NCBI GenBank assembly: GCA_934277435.1
Contig: CAKQUE010000006.1
Coordinates: 3,395-67,394 of the forward strand
DNA length: 64,000 nucleotides
Origin: an uncultured Alphaproteobacteria bacterium
Lineage (GTDB): Bacteria; Pseudomonadota; Alphaproteobacteria; RF32; CAG-239
Reading direction: 5' to 3'
In this document: positions 28,388 to 36,861 of the stretch, in pieces
Position numbering within the stretch: position 1 is the first letter of the stretch
How the letters are laid out: every line of letters starts with the position of its first letter
Position numbers and translations under genes: made by a program
Notes under the pieces: generated by a model
The model's input: only the letters and a program-made list of their open reading frames with translations
Databases searched by the model: none
What the model was told of the DNA's origin: nothing

Positions 28388-29320
28388 ATGTCGCAGACCA
28401 ATGAAAACGAAGACGCTTTTGAAAATTTTTTGCAAAAAAATATTTTACCTCTTTTAGAGAGTGAAGATAAATATCGGCAGTCATTTAAAAACCATTTTTG
28501 GCTATATGCCGGTATATTGCTGTTTTTCAATTGTTCAAACGTGCTGATTGTTTTGTTTCGGCACCTGATATATAATCGGCTATTTTCTTGGGAACAATTA
28601 TTTTTAACTGCGGCGATTTCTGCCTTTATTTTATTTTGCTATGTCAAGTTTGCCGGACGTAAAGTTTTTCCTGATGTGTTCGCTGAGTTTGTAAAATATT
28701 ATGGCAATTGGAGTTTGCGGCGTTCTACCGACCTTCAGACAAATGGCTATGATATTATATTGCCGCCAAGCCCTTTGAAAATAGAAAAAATAAATATCTC
28801 CGGAGATTCAAACTGTCCGCTGAAATTAAAAAAACTAGCCTTTGTCAAAAAGCTTTTTAATAACAAGTTGCAAACTACGGTCGGCGAGGGGATTTTGCTG
28901 ACATATAATTTACCGCAAAGCCTTGGCGGAACATTGCTTTTGCTAGAAAAAGGCGGCTTTGCTAAGACAAAGCAAATATCTGGTTTGGATAAAGTTTCGT
29001 CAGCGATTCCGGCGTCTAATTATTTTCAGACTTTTGCCGATAGTGAAGTCATAAAAAACTATCTCGTTATTAGCGCTTTGTATGAAAATTTATTGGATTT
29101 AAAAGAAGTTTTCAAGGCTTCAAAAGTTTATTTGCGTTTAGAAAATGATAAGCTAGATGTTTTTTTGCAGAGCGGGCGTTTTTTATATCACAACGGCAGT
29201 TTATGGACATCTTCAACCGGTGAAGACGGGTTGAAAAAACAAAATCAGCAAATAGAAAAAGTCTTTTTATTTATCAGTGTGATGGAAGATTTGATTGAAG
29301 TAGCAAAAGAACATGTTTGA
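28388..29320 (+). CDS. two-TM membrane protein, DUF3137-like (paralogue 1)
   Basis: Its architecture and blocks are shared with the next gene, for example 'GEGILLTYNLPQSLGGTLLLLEKGGF' against 'FRGICVLLTMNKNFKGRTVVLKDKGLF'. Confidence 0.65.
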   Translation: MSQTNENEDAFENFLQKNILPLLESEDKYRQSFKNHFWLYAGILLFFNCSNVLIVLFRHLIYNRLFSWEQLFLTAAISAFILFCYVKFAGRKVFPDVFAEFVKYYGNWSLRRSTDLQTNGYDIILPPSPLKIEKINISGDSNCPLKLKKLAFVKKLFNNKLQTTVGEGILLTYNLPQSLGGTLLLLEKGGFAKTKQISGLDKVSSAIPASNYFQTFADSEVIKNYLVISALYENLLDLKEVFKASKVYLRLENDKLDVFLQSGRFLYHNGSLWTSSTGEDGLKKQNQQIEKVFLFISVMEDLIEVAKEHV

Positions 29321-30308
29321 TTTAAAAAATGATAAAAATTTTATGGCGCAAAAGTCATTGTTTGATGAATATTATAACCGTGTGCTGCTGCCAAAACTAA
29401 AAGAAAATGACAAAATTAAACACCGTTATTTTTTGATGTTTATTATTCTGTTATTGATGTCTATAATTTTTTATCCGTTGGTTCTTTTGGCTATTTTGAC
29501 GCTGTCCAATGATAATGCGGCGGATATCGGTGTGATTTTGGGTGCTTCCGGTTTTGTTATCATTATCTTACGCGGACCTGTATATTTTTATAAAAAGAAG
29601 GCTAAAAACACAATTATGGCAGATTTTGCCAATTTTTTTGGTACTTTTTCTTATCATAACGAACAATATTTGCCAGATGATTTGCTGCGTGAATCGGATT
29701 TATTCGGTCAATATAATATTCATAAAGGCGATGATTATTTTTGCGGCAATTATAAAAATGTGGCCATTACTATTTCAGAAGAATTGCTGCAAAAAGAAAT
29801 TGTATATACCGAGGTTGACGAAAAATTTGGCAATGCATCTCGGCTCAACCGCCGCAGCCGCAAAAAAAACACGTTTAGAGGTATTTGCGTTTTATTGACG
29901 ATGAATAAAAATTTTAAGGGACGCACGGTAGTGCTAAAGGATAAAGGCCTATTCAATTTTTTAAAGCATATAACCGGTTTAGAACGTGTAAAACTAGAAG
30001 ATTTGTATTTTGAAAAATTGTTTGAGGTGTATTCTTCTGACCAGATAGAAGCGCGTTATTTGTTGACTACGGCTTTTATGGAACGGATGCTCAAATTGAC
30101 GGAGCTGTATGATGGTAAATCAATTCAGTTTAGTTTCAATAAAAATCAGCTGCTGCTGGCGATTCCAACCAAACAAGATATGTTTGAAGCTTGTTCTTTT
30201 TTCCGCAGCAACATCAATAAAAAGAAAATAGATCGAGTTTTTGAGCAGTTTTACACTGTTTTTTCTATTGTCGACGTATTAAAGTTAAATCAAAAAATCG
30301 GCATGTGA
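29313..30308 (+). CDS. two-TM membrane protein, DUF3137-like (paralogue 2)
   Basis: 'LEDLYFEKLFEVYSSDQIEARYLLTTAFMERMLKL' resembles DUF3137 as I remember it. The start overlaps the upstream stop (ATGTTTGA). Confidence 0.65.
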   Translation: MFDLKNDKNFMAQKSLFDEYYNRVLLPKLKENDKIKHRYFLMFIILLLMSIIFYPLVLLAILTLSNDNAADIGVILGASGFVIIILRGPVYFYKKKAKNTIMADFANFFGTFSYHNEQYLPDDLLRESDLFGQYNIHKGDDYFCGNYKNVAITISEELLQKEIVYTEVDEKFGNASRLNRRSRKKNTFRGICVLLTMNKNFKGRTVVLKDKGLFNFLKHITGLERVKLEDLYFEKLFEVYSSDQIEARYLLTTAFMERMLKLTELYDGKSIQFSFNKNQLLLAIPTKQDMFEACSFFRSNINKKKIDRVFEQFYTVFSIVDVLKLNQKIGM

Positions 30309-30397
30309 AAAACAATTAACCTTGTGTATATCCTTTTGAAAAAGTTGCAAAACTTTTGTGCTTTGGCTACATTCAACAAAAACAGAGGAGATTAGTT

Positions 30398-31642
30398 TTG
30401 TTTTCTAAATTTGAACGGCTGGCGGCCTGGAGATATTTGCGCGCCAAGCGTAAAGAAGGATTTATTTCGGTGATTACCGGTTTTGCATTTACCGGTATAG
30501 CTTTGGGCGTGGCAACTTTAATCATTGTTATGTCGGTGATGAATGGCTTTAAGGCCGAATTGCTGAATCGTATATTAGGAATTAACGGTCATATTTCCAT
30601 TGTGTCATCTGCTGGTTTTCCATTTAATAACTACAAAAAAGCCGTTGCCGATTTAGAAAGTATTCCGGGGATTGATACGGCTTTGCCGCTGATAGAAAAA
30701 CAGCTTTTAGTGTCTTCTTCGCATGGCGCGGAAGGTGCTATGGTCCGCGGAATAGAAAAAGAAGATATCTTAAAAAAGAAAGTTATGCGCGACGGTTTCG
30801 CCCATATGGATATTGAAGGTTTTAGCGGCGATGTTGTGGTTTTGGGAGATAAATTGGCGCGTAAACTTGGGGTTTTTGTTGGCGATGAAATCACTTTAAT
30901 TTCCCCAAATGGCAAAGTTACGGCGTTTGGCTCCGTGCCTAGAATAAAATCGTATCCGGTAGTGGGAACGTTCAGTATGGGCATGTATGAATATGACGCT
31001 AACTATATTTTTATACCGCTTGACGCTGCGCAAAAATATTTTGGTTTGAAAGACTCAGCTACGGTGATTGATGTTAGTTTGACCGATGAAAATCAGCTGC
31101 CTAAAATGCGCTCTTTGATTGAACGCAGTGTTAGTTTGGACGCCTATGTTTATGACTGGAAACAATCAAATTCGGCGTTTTTCAACGCGCTTGACGTGGA
31201 ACGCAACGTGATGTTTTTAATTCTGACGTTGATTATTTTGGTGGCGGCATTTAACATTATTACCGGCTTGATAATGCTGGTAAAAGATAAAAGCCGTGAT
31301 GTTGCCGTGCTGAGAACAATGGGGGCAACCCGCGGTATGATTATGCGGATTTTCTTTTTAGATGGAGCATTTATCGGCTTTGTCGGTACGGGAATCGGCG
31401 TGTCTTTGGGGTTGCTGTTTTGTGAGAATATTGAAAATATCCGCCAATTTTTACAGACAATTTCTGGACGCGACCTATTTTCGGCAGAAATATATTTTCT
31501 GTCGCAGCTGCCGGCAAAAGTAGATTCGCTAGAAGTTACACTGGTTGTGATTTTGACTTTGGTTTTGTCTTTTTTAGCCACCATATATCCGGCATACCGC
31601 GCCGCAAAATTAGATCCGTCGGAGGCTTTACGCTATGAATAA
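30398..31642 (+). CDS. lolC: lipoprotein-releasing system permease LolC/LolE family
   Basis: 'FERLAAWRYLRAKRKEGFISVIT', an FtsX/MacB-type permease, and a C-terminal 'PAYRAAKLDPSEALRYE'. TTG 30398 lies 7 nt after GAGGAG. The ORF-track start at 30356 is also possible. Confidence 0.88.
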   Translation: MFSKFERLAAWRYLRAKRKEGFISVITGFAFTGIALGVATLIIVMSVMNGFKAELLNRILGINGHISIVSSAGFPFNNYKKAVADLESIPGIDTALPLIEKQLLVSSSHGAEGAMVRGIEKEDILKKKVMRDGFAHMDIEGFSGDVVVLGDKLARKLGVFVGDEITLISPNGKVTAFGSVPRIKSYPVVGTFSMGMYEYDANYIFIPLDAAQKYFGLKDSATVIDVSLTDENQLPKMRSLIERSVSLDAYVYDWKQSNSAFFNALDVERNVMFLILTLIILVAAFNIITGLIMLVKDKSRDVAVLRTMGATRGMIMRIFFLDGAFIGFVGTGIGVSLGLLFCENIENIRQFLQTISGRDLFSAEIYFLSQLPAKVDSLEVTLVVILTLVLSFLATIYPAYRAAKLDPSEALRYE

Positions 31643-32354
31643 CACTACTTTAACCCTGAAAAATATTAACAAAACTTTTCGTCAGGGAAACGAAATTCTG
31701 GAAGTTTTGAAAGATGTAAACTTGGATATCCGACCTAAAGAAGTGGTTGCACTAATCGGCCCTTCCGGCTCAGGCAAATCGACATTGCTGCAAATTGCCG
31801 GACTTTTAGAAAATCCGACAGATGGCGAAGTTTATATTGATGGTGAAAACTGCACCGGAAATTCGGATAATGTACGCACCATGTTGCGCCGCGACTATTT
31901 AGGTTTTGTTTATCAATATCATAACTTACTGCCGGATTTTGACGCGGCAGAAAATGTGATTATTCCGCAGCTGATAGCCGGAGTAAAATATAAAGAAGCC
32001 GCCGACAAGGCCATGTGGCTGTTGCAGCGTTTGGGCTTGAATGAACGTGAACATCATCGTCCGGCGGAGCTTTCTGGCGGCGAGCAGCAGCGAGTCGCAA
32101 TTGCCAGAGCCTTAGCTAACGCACCCAAGCTTTTATTGGCCGATGAGCCGACCGGAAATTTGGACCCCAATACTTCGGATAATGTGTTTTTAACTTTGCT
32201 GGAAGTGGTGAAAGAAACTGGATTATCTGCGCTTATTGCCACGCATAATATTGATTTGGCGCATAAAATGGATAGAGTTGTCAGTCTAAAAGATGGCCGC
32301 TTAATAGACAGTCGTTCCAATCGTTTTTTGAAGACGGTAGAAAATTTTTATTAA
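31635..32354 (+). CDS. lolD: lipoprotein-releasing system ATP-binding protein LolD
   Basis: Walker A 'GPSGSGKST', signature 'LSGGEQQRVAIARAL', and Walker B 'LLLADEPTGNLD'. Confidence 0.9.
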   Translation: MNNTTLTLKNINKTFRQGNEILEVLKDVNLDIRPKEVVALIGPSGSGKSTLLQIAGLLENPTDGEVYIDGENCTGNSDNVRTMLRRDYLGFVYQYHNLLPDFDAAENVIIPQLIAGVKYKEAADKAMWLLQRLGLNEREHHRPAELSGGEQQRVAIARALANAPKLLLADEPTGNLDPNTSDNVFLTLLEVVKETGLSALIATHNIDLAHKMDRVVSLKDGRLIDSRSNRFLKTVENFY

Positions 32355-32427
32355 TTGTCTGAAACTAACTTTTTTTTAATAAAAATATGGTCGAATTGGC
32401 TTAGTTAAAAATACAAAAGGTAAAAAA

Positions 32428-32742
32428 ATGGGATTCTGGTCGTACATTGTTGCAAAATGTAAAAGTTCTGGATTTATAGTGCTTTTGATGGTGCTATGTT
32501 CTTATTTTTCATATTTTGCCGTTAAAGGCGACCGCGGTTTTTTGAAATATATGTATTTGCAAGACAAAGTTGCTGAGGCTGAAAAAGTTAATCAAAGCTA
32601 CGACCAACAGCGCCAAGATTGGGAGCAAAAAGTGAAGTTGCTGTCAAAATCGAGCTTGGATTTGGATTTGTTGGATGAACGCGCCCGCGCTGTTTTGAAT
32701 GTCATTGGCAACGATGAATTTATTATTCTTGATGAAGAATAA
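32428..32742 (+). CDS. ftsB: septum formation initiator (FtsB/DivIC family)
   Basis: 104 aa with one TM helix and a coiled coil. 'LDLLDERARAVLN' is typical of alpha-proteobacterial FtsB. Confidence 0.75.
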   Translation: MGFWSYIVAKCKSSGFIVLLMVLCSYFSYFAVKGDRGFLKYMYLQDKVAEAEKVNQSYDQQRQDWEQKVKLLSKSSLDLDLLDERARAVLNVIGNDEFIILDEE

Positions 32743-32754
32743 TAAAATTTAAAC

Positions 32755-32783
32755 TTTACATTTTTTATTTTTACCATTACTTT
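32755..32783 (+). promoter_or_regulatory. possible promoter TTTACA-17-TACTTT for leader copy 2
   Basis: The -10 hexamer ends 6 nt before the conserved AGACAG at 32790. A TTTACA also precedes leader copy 1 (3445-3450), but with poorer spacing. Confidence 0.35.
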
Positions 32784-32789
32784 GAAACT

Positions 32790-32986
32790 AGACAGGCGAT
32801 AGTCTGTCTGGGGTGTGACAACCTCTATATATTCGTCTTAGTGTTAGACGTTAATCAAGCATACCTTCTGGTCTATATGGCTGGAAGGTAGCTGAATATG
32901 CTGTATGTAATATATAGCTAATAAGCTACACTATCTAATATATATAGTTGTCAACTTCCAGCTACCTCGTCGGTAGCTTTTTTGTT
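32790..32986 (+). promoter_or_regulatory. candidate structured 5' leader RNA (riboswitch/attenuator-like), copy 2
   Basis: It shares the architecture of 3480..3679: P1 32790-95/32804-09, P2 32810-13/32822-25, P3 32834-38/32846-50, P4 32863-68/32884-89, and CTGAATA at 32892-98, followed by a terminator. Confidence 0.6.
32961..32986 (+). terminator. intrinsic terminator inside leader copy 2
   Basis: GCTACC-tcgtc-GGTAGC followed by TTTTTTGTT. The segment 32955-32961 (CTTCCAG) is complementary to 32881-32887. Confidence 0.6.
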
Positions 32987-33013
32987 GTAATTTCAAAATG
33001 ATGGGAAGTAGTG

Positions 33014-33664
33014 ATGATTAATAATCAACATGGCCGCAGTATGATTGAAATGCTTGGCGTGCTGGCAATAATTGCTGTGTTAAGCGTTGGAGGTATCGCC
33101 GGATATTCAAAAGCTATGGAAAAATGGAAGGCTAATAAGCTGGTTTCGGAATATAGTTATTTAATATTTGGTTTAATGGATAAGGTGAATGAATTCCAAA
33201 ATATGTCAAAAGACACAGGCTATGACTCTCAAGTCGGTTTGAGTAATTATGTGCAATCGGCATCGTTAGTTCCTGAAACTTGGAAATATGCATCCTCAAC
33301 CAGAATGTATGATTCTGAGGGAAATCCGGTATTAATGTTTTCTAGAAGAAATCGTTTAGTCATAGATATTTATCTTGGAACTAAACTTAACTCTAATGGC
33401 TGGATATCCGGAAAATCAGAAGGATTTTCCTTAACTTTATGTCGTGAAGTTATGCTAAATTTGACTCAGCGCCTGAGTGACGTTGTGCAGTTTTCTAGGT
33501 TTTATCAATGGAGTAAAATGGAAAGTTCAGCTGTTTATTGGGGAAACACATCATGCCCTGCAGGGCAAAAATGTTTGCGAGACTTAACAGTTGCTGAAAT
33601 AAATGAAATATGCAAATCTTGCAAAAAAGACAATGAAGCTTGTGGCATAAATATGGAATTTTAG
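33014..33664 (+). CDS. prepilin-type N-terminal (pilin/pseudopilin-like) protein, Cys-rich C-terminus (paralogue 2)
   Basis: 'MINNQHG|RSMIEMLGVLAIIAVLSVGGIAGYSKAMEKWK'. The C-terminus 'C....QKCLRDLTVAE....CKSC......C' aligns with the 3704..4327 protein. Confidence 0.75.
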   Translation: MINNQHGRSMIEMLGVLAIIAVLSVGGIAGYSKAMEKWKANKLVSEYSYLIFGLMDKVNEFQNMSKDTGYDSQVGLSNYVQSASLVPETWKYASSTRMYDSEGNPVLMFSRRNRLVIDIYLGTKLNSNGWISGKSEGFSLTLCREVMLNLTQRLSDVVQFSRFYQWSKMESSAVYWGNTSCPAGQKCLRDLTVAEINEICKSCKKDNEACGINMEF

Positions 33665-33666
33665 TT

Positions 33667-35406
33667 TTATTTCAAACTTCCGATACTAAAGAAAAGCGGT
33701 AAAATTTCGTATTTTCCGTCAACATAATATACATATACCGGTATTCCGTCGCGGCCGTAGGCATTTAGGGCTGCGGTATAAATATCATTATCTTCGGTCA
33801 AGTCCGCACGAAACAATTTTACATTTTTATCAGCGACAAAGCGTTTGAAGCGTTCTGTATTGAGCAAAATTTTTTCATTAAATTGGCAGGTCAAACACCA
33901 GTCGGCCGTAAAATCAATAAATACTCTCTCGCCGTTTGCCGCGGCGTTGGTGATTTGCTGCGAGTCGTAAGGCTGCCAATTCAGTTCTTTGGTTGCTTGC
34001 TCGCCCGAGTGGTTAATTTGTGTTGCCAAAATGCTTAGCAGCCACAATGCGGTTAATAGCAAAGGCACAGCCAAAATATATTTTATCGTTTTCATCCATT
34101 TCCCCGGTTTGGGTAAAATACGTCCAAGCATATGCGGAAACATTTCTATCAGAGCATAGGGAAGGGCGTAGCCGATTGCCAGCATGACAAAAATGGCGAA
34201 TATTTGGGCGTCGTTTTGCATAAAGGCATAGCCGATTGCCGCGCCCATAAAAGGACCGGTGCATGGGCTGGCAATTAAAACGGCAAAAAAACCGGTGCAA
34301 AAAGCGTTTATTCCAGAGAGTTTATAAGTCTTATTGTTGTTGAAATCCGGAAAGTGCAAAATGTCAATCATCAATAAAAACAAAAGGAAAAAAAGCATGG
34401 CCATAACACCTACGAACCAAGGTGATTGCAGCTGAAAACCCCAGCCGATGGCCGCTCCTTCATGCTTAACCAGCACTAAAATTGCGGTCAGAAGCATAAA
34501 GCAAGTCACCACGCCTAAAGTATAGCTAAAGGCTCGGGAAAAGCGGCGAGGCTCATTATTTTTGTTTAAAAGGGTAAAAATCTTGAGCGATAAAATTGGA
34601 AAAACGCAGGGCATGGCGTTAAGAATAATTCCTCCCAAAAAAGCCAGCAGCAAAATATAGGCTAGCCCAAATTCCGGAGCATCTTTATAGCCAATTTCCA
34701 AAGCGTATGATTTGTCTGGCGTGACCACTAAAGCCTGTGAGAGTGGTTCGCTTTCGGTGCTGTCGTTTTCCCAACTGATAAGTGTTTTGTTGTTTTCTTC
34801 GCTGATTTTGATTGATTGTTCGGCCACGCGTCCGCTTTGTGCCGGTAAAAAGCTTACGTTGGTATGCGGCGGAAGTTCAATTTGAATTTTGTTTTGAGAG
34901 GTTGGGCTGTTAACGCTGAGTTTTTGCGGCAGCGACATTTTCAAATCTGACTGCATATTGTTCCAAATTTCTTTTGGCGTTTGCGGCAGTTCTTGTAAGT
35001 CAAAACTCAAGGATTGAGGTTTGCAGACATCATTGCATTCCACAAAAGAAAATGTCAGTTCCACATCTTTGGTTTGTTTTAGTTTTAGGTGAAAATAAGC
35101 TGATTTTTTATAAACATATTCGTCAATAATATCAAAGGCTTTAACAATTTGCGGCGCCGATTGATTCAATATTTTCAGTCCACTGTCGGCTTTGTTGCTG
35201 GAAACAGTTGTCGGACGACCGATTTCCCCGGGGTTGCTCCAATAAATATGCCAGCCGTCTTTAATGGCAAAACGGGCGATATATTCAGTTTTACCGTTTG
35301 AAAAAAGCTCAATAGTGGTGTTGTCTGTACTCTTGGAGTTTTCAGCGGCAATGAGCGGCAGGCAATATAACCAGCACAGGCAGATAAAAACAGCTTTTTT
35401 TAGCAT
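33667..35406 (-). CDS. dsbD: thiol:disulfide interchange protein DsbD
   Basis: Periplasmic N-domain, TM core with 'MPCVFPILSLK' and 'ASPCTGPF', and a C-terminal thioredoxin 'WCLTCQ'. The start is ATG 35406 (RBS AAAGGA) or 35424. Confidence 0.88.
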   Translation of the reverse strand: MLKKAVFICLCWLYCLPLIAAENSKSTDNTTIELFSNGKTEYIARFAIKDGWHIYWSNPGEIGRPTTVSSNKADSGLKILNQSAPQIVKAFDIIDEYVYKKSAYFHLKLKQTKDVELTFSFVECNDVCKPQSLSFDLQELPQTPKEIWNNMQSDLKMSLPQKLSVNSPTSQNKIQIELPPHTNVSFLPAQSGRVAEQSIKISEENNKTLISWENDSTESEPLSQALVVTPDKSYALEIGYKDAPEFGLAYILLLAFLGGIILNAMPCVFPILSLKIFTLLNKNNEPRRFSRAFSYTLGVVTCFMLLTAILVLVKHEGAAIGWGFQLQSPWFVGVMAMLFFLLFLLMIDILHFPDFNNNKTYKLSGINAFCTGFFAVLIASPCTGPFMGAAIGYAFMQNDAQIFAIFVMLAIGYALPYALIEMFPHMLGRILPKPGKWMKTIKYILAVPLLLTALWLLSILATQINHSGEQATKELNWQPYDSQQITNAAANGERVFIDFTADWCLTCQFNEKILLNTERFKRFVADKNVKLFRADLTEDNDIYTAALNAYGRDGIPVYVYYVDGKYEILPLFFSIGSLK

Positions 35407-35454
35407 TTGTTTCCTTTCAAACAAAATATGGGTAAAGCGGTGTCGGATTTCAAG

Positions 35455-36087
35455 TTAAATCAGTTCTTTTAAACGCGCAACAATCTGGTCAAACATCTCC
35501 GCCGTCAAAACATTTGTGTTGATGTTGTAGCGTGAAGTGTGATAGGAGTCCAGCAATATCAAATTATGGTTAGGCAAAAAATGTTCCGCTCCGTGGGCAA
35601 ATTTGAATGCGGCTTTTGTATATCCCAAAGCTTGTAAAACAGCACCATGCGAAACCGAACCTAACGAAAGAATGACTTTCAGATTGGGCATAGAAGCTAT
35701 TTCTTGCTGTAAAAACGGCCGGCAAGCAGCAATTTCGGCGGCATTAACTTTGTTTTGCGGCGGCACGCAGCGCACAGAGTTAGTTACACGGACGTTAATC
35801 AGTTCAAAGCCGTCGTCCTTACGTTTTTGATAATTGCCTTGAGCAAAGCCAAATTTTTTTAGCGCCGGATAAAGTATATCGCCGGCGTAGTCATTGGTAA
35901 ACGGACGGTCTGTTTGGTTGGCGCCGTTTAGCCCTGGAGCTAGCCCAACCACTAAAATTTGCGACTCTAGCGAGCCAAAAGGCGTAACCGGTCCATTGTG
36001 GTAGGTTGGAAACTTTTGCTGGTTGCCGCGGCGAAATTCTACCAAACGCGGGCATAAAGCACAATCTTTTTTTGGTTTGCAAAACAT
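35455..36087 (-). CDS. uracil-DNA glycosylase superfamily protein (family 4/5-like)
   Basis: 'CALCPRL', 'VVGLAPGLNGANQTDRPFT', 'LDSYHTSRYN'. The start is at ATG 36087, after AAGGAG. Confidence 0.8.
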   Translation of the reverse strand: MFCKPKKDCALCPRLVEFRRGNQQKFPTYHNGPVTPFGSLESQILVVGLAPGLNGANQTDRPFTNDYAGDILYPALKKFGFAQGNYQKRKDDGFELINVRVTNSVRCVPPQNKVNAAEIAACRPFLQQEIASMPNLKVILSLGSVSHGAVLQALGYTKAAFKFAHGAEHFLPNHNLILLDSYHTSRYNINTNVLTAEMFDQIVARLKELI

Positions 36088-36235
36088 AGAAATCTCCTTT
36101 ATTTGCCCATATTGTAGCGTCATTTTTTTTGCTGTCACTATTTAAATTTGTTTTTTCACGGTTATATACAATTTTGAAAGTGTTGTAAAATACTTGTTTT
36201 TGTCATTTAACACATTTATAAATGGAGATTAAAAT

Positions 36236-36793
36236 ATGAAAAAGACATTATTGTTGGCAGGTGTTGCCAGTATTTTTGCTCTTAATGCTCAGGCCATGAG
36301 CTGGAACATAAATGAATATCGTCCGTATGTTGGTGCAGATTATTCTTTCTTTAAGGCTAAACAGGGTAATCAGGCTAAAAATATGAAAAAATATTTTCAT
36401 TCCGGCAAAGCTAATGTTGGTATGCAGTTATATGAAAATTGGGATTTGGAATTTTCATATCAGCAATCGGGAGAAATTAAAGGCCGTACTTTGGAAGGTA
36501 AACGCGGCAAAAACTATTTCTCGGTTTATGCATTAGATGCATATGGCAAGTATCCAATGTTTTGCTCTAATTTGAGTTTGCTAGGAACTGTCGGCGCCGG
36601 TATTTATCACGCTAAATATAAAAACTTTCCTAAAACCTCATATAACAAAGTTGGCTACCGCGCCGGTTTGGGTTTGCAATATGACTTCAACAAAAACTGG
36701 GGCGCCCGCGTTGTTGGCAGATATTCATATATCGGCTCCGGCTATACAAACAACTTCAGAGAAGTTACCGCCGGTTTACAATATAGATTTTAA
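36236..36793 (+). CDS. small outer-membrane beta-barrel protein
   Basis: Signal peptide '...ALNAQA|MS', alternating beta-strand pattern, and a C-terminal '...AGLQYRF'. Confidence 0.75.
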   Translation: MKKTLLLAGVASIFALNAQAMSWNINEYRPYVGADYSFFKAKQGNQAKNMKKYFHSGKANVGMQLYENWDLEFSYQQSGEIKGRTLEGKRGKNYFSVYALDAYGKYPMFCSNLSLLGTVGAGIYHAKYKNFPKTSYNKVGYRAGLGLQYDFNKNWGARVVGRYSYIGSGYTNNFREVTAGLQYRF

Positions 36794-36806
36794 GGTTTTA
36801 GCGGCT

Positions 36807-36843
36807 AAAAAACACCCTGTCAAAAATCATGACAGGGTGTTTC
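36807..36843. terminator. bidirectional intrinsic terminator
   Basis: ACACCCTGTC-9 nt-GACAGGGTGT with an A-run before and a T-rich stretch after. It lies between convergent genes. Confidence 0.65.
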
Positions 36844-36861
36844 AATTTGCAGTCAATATTT

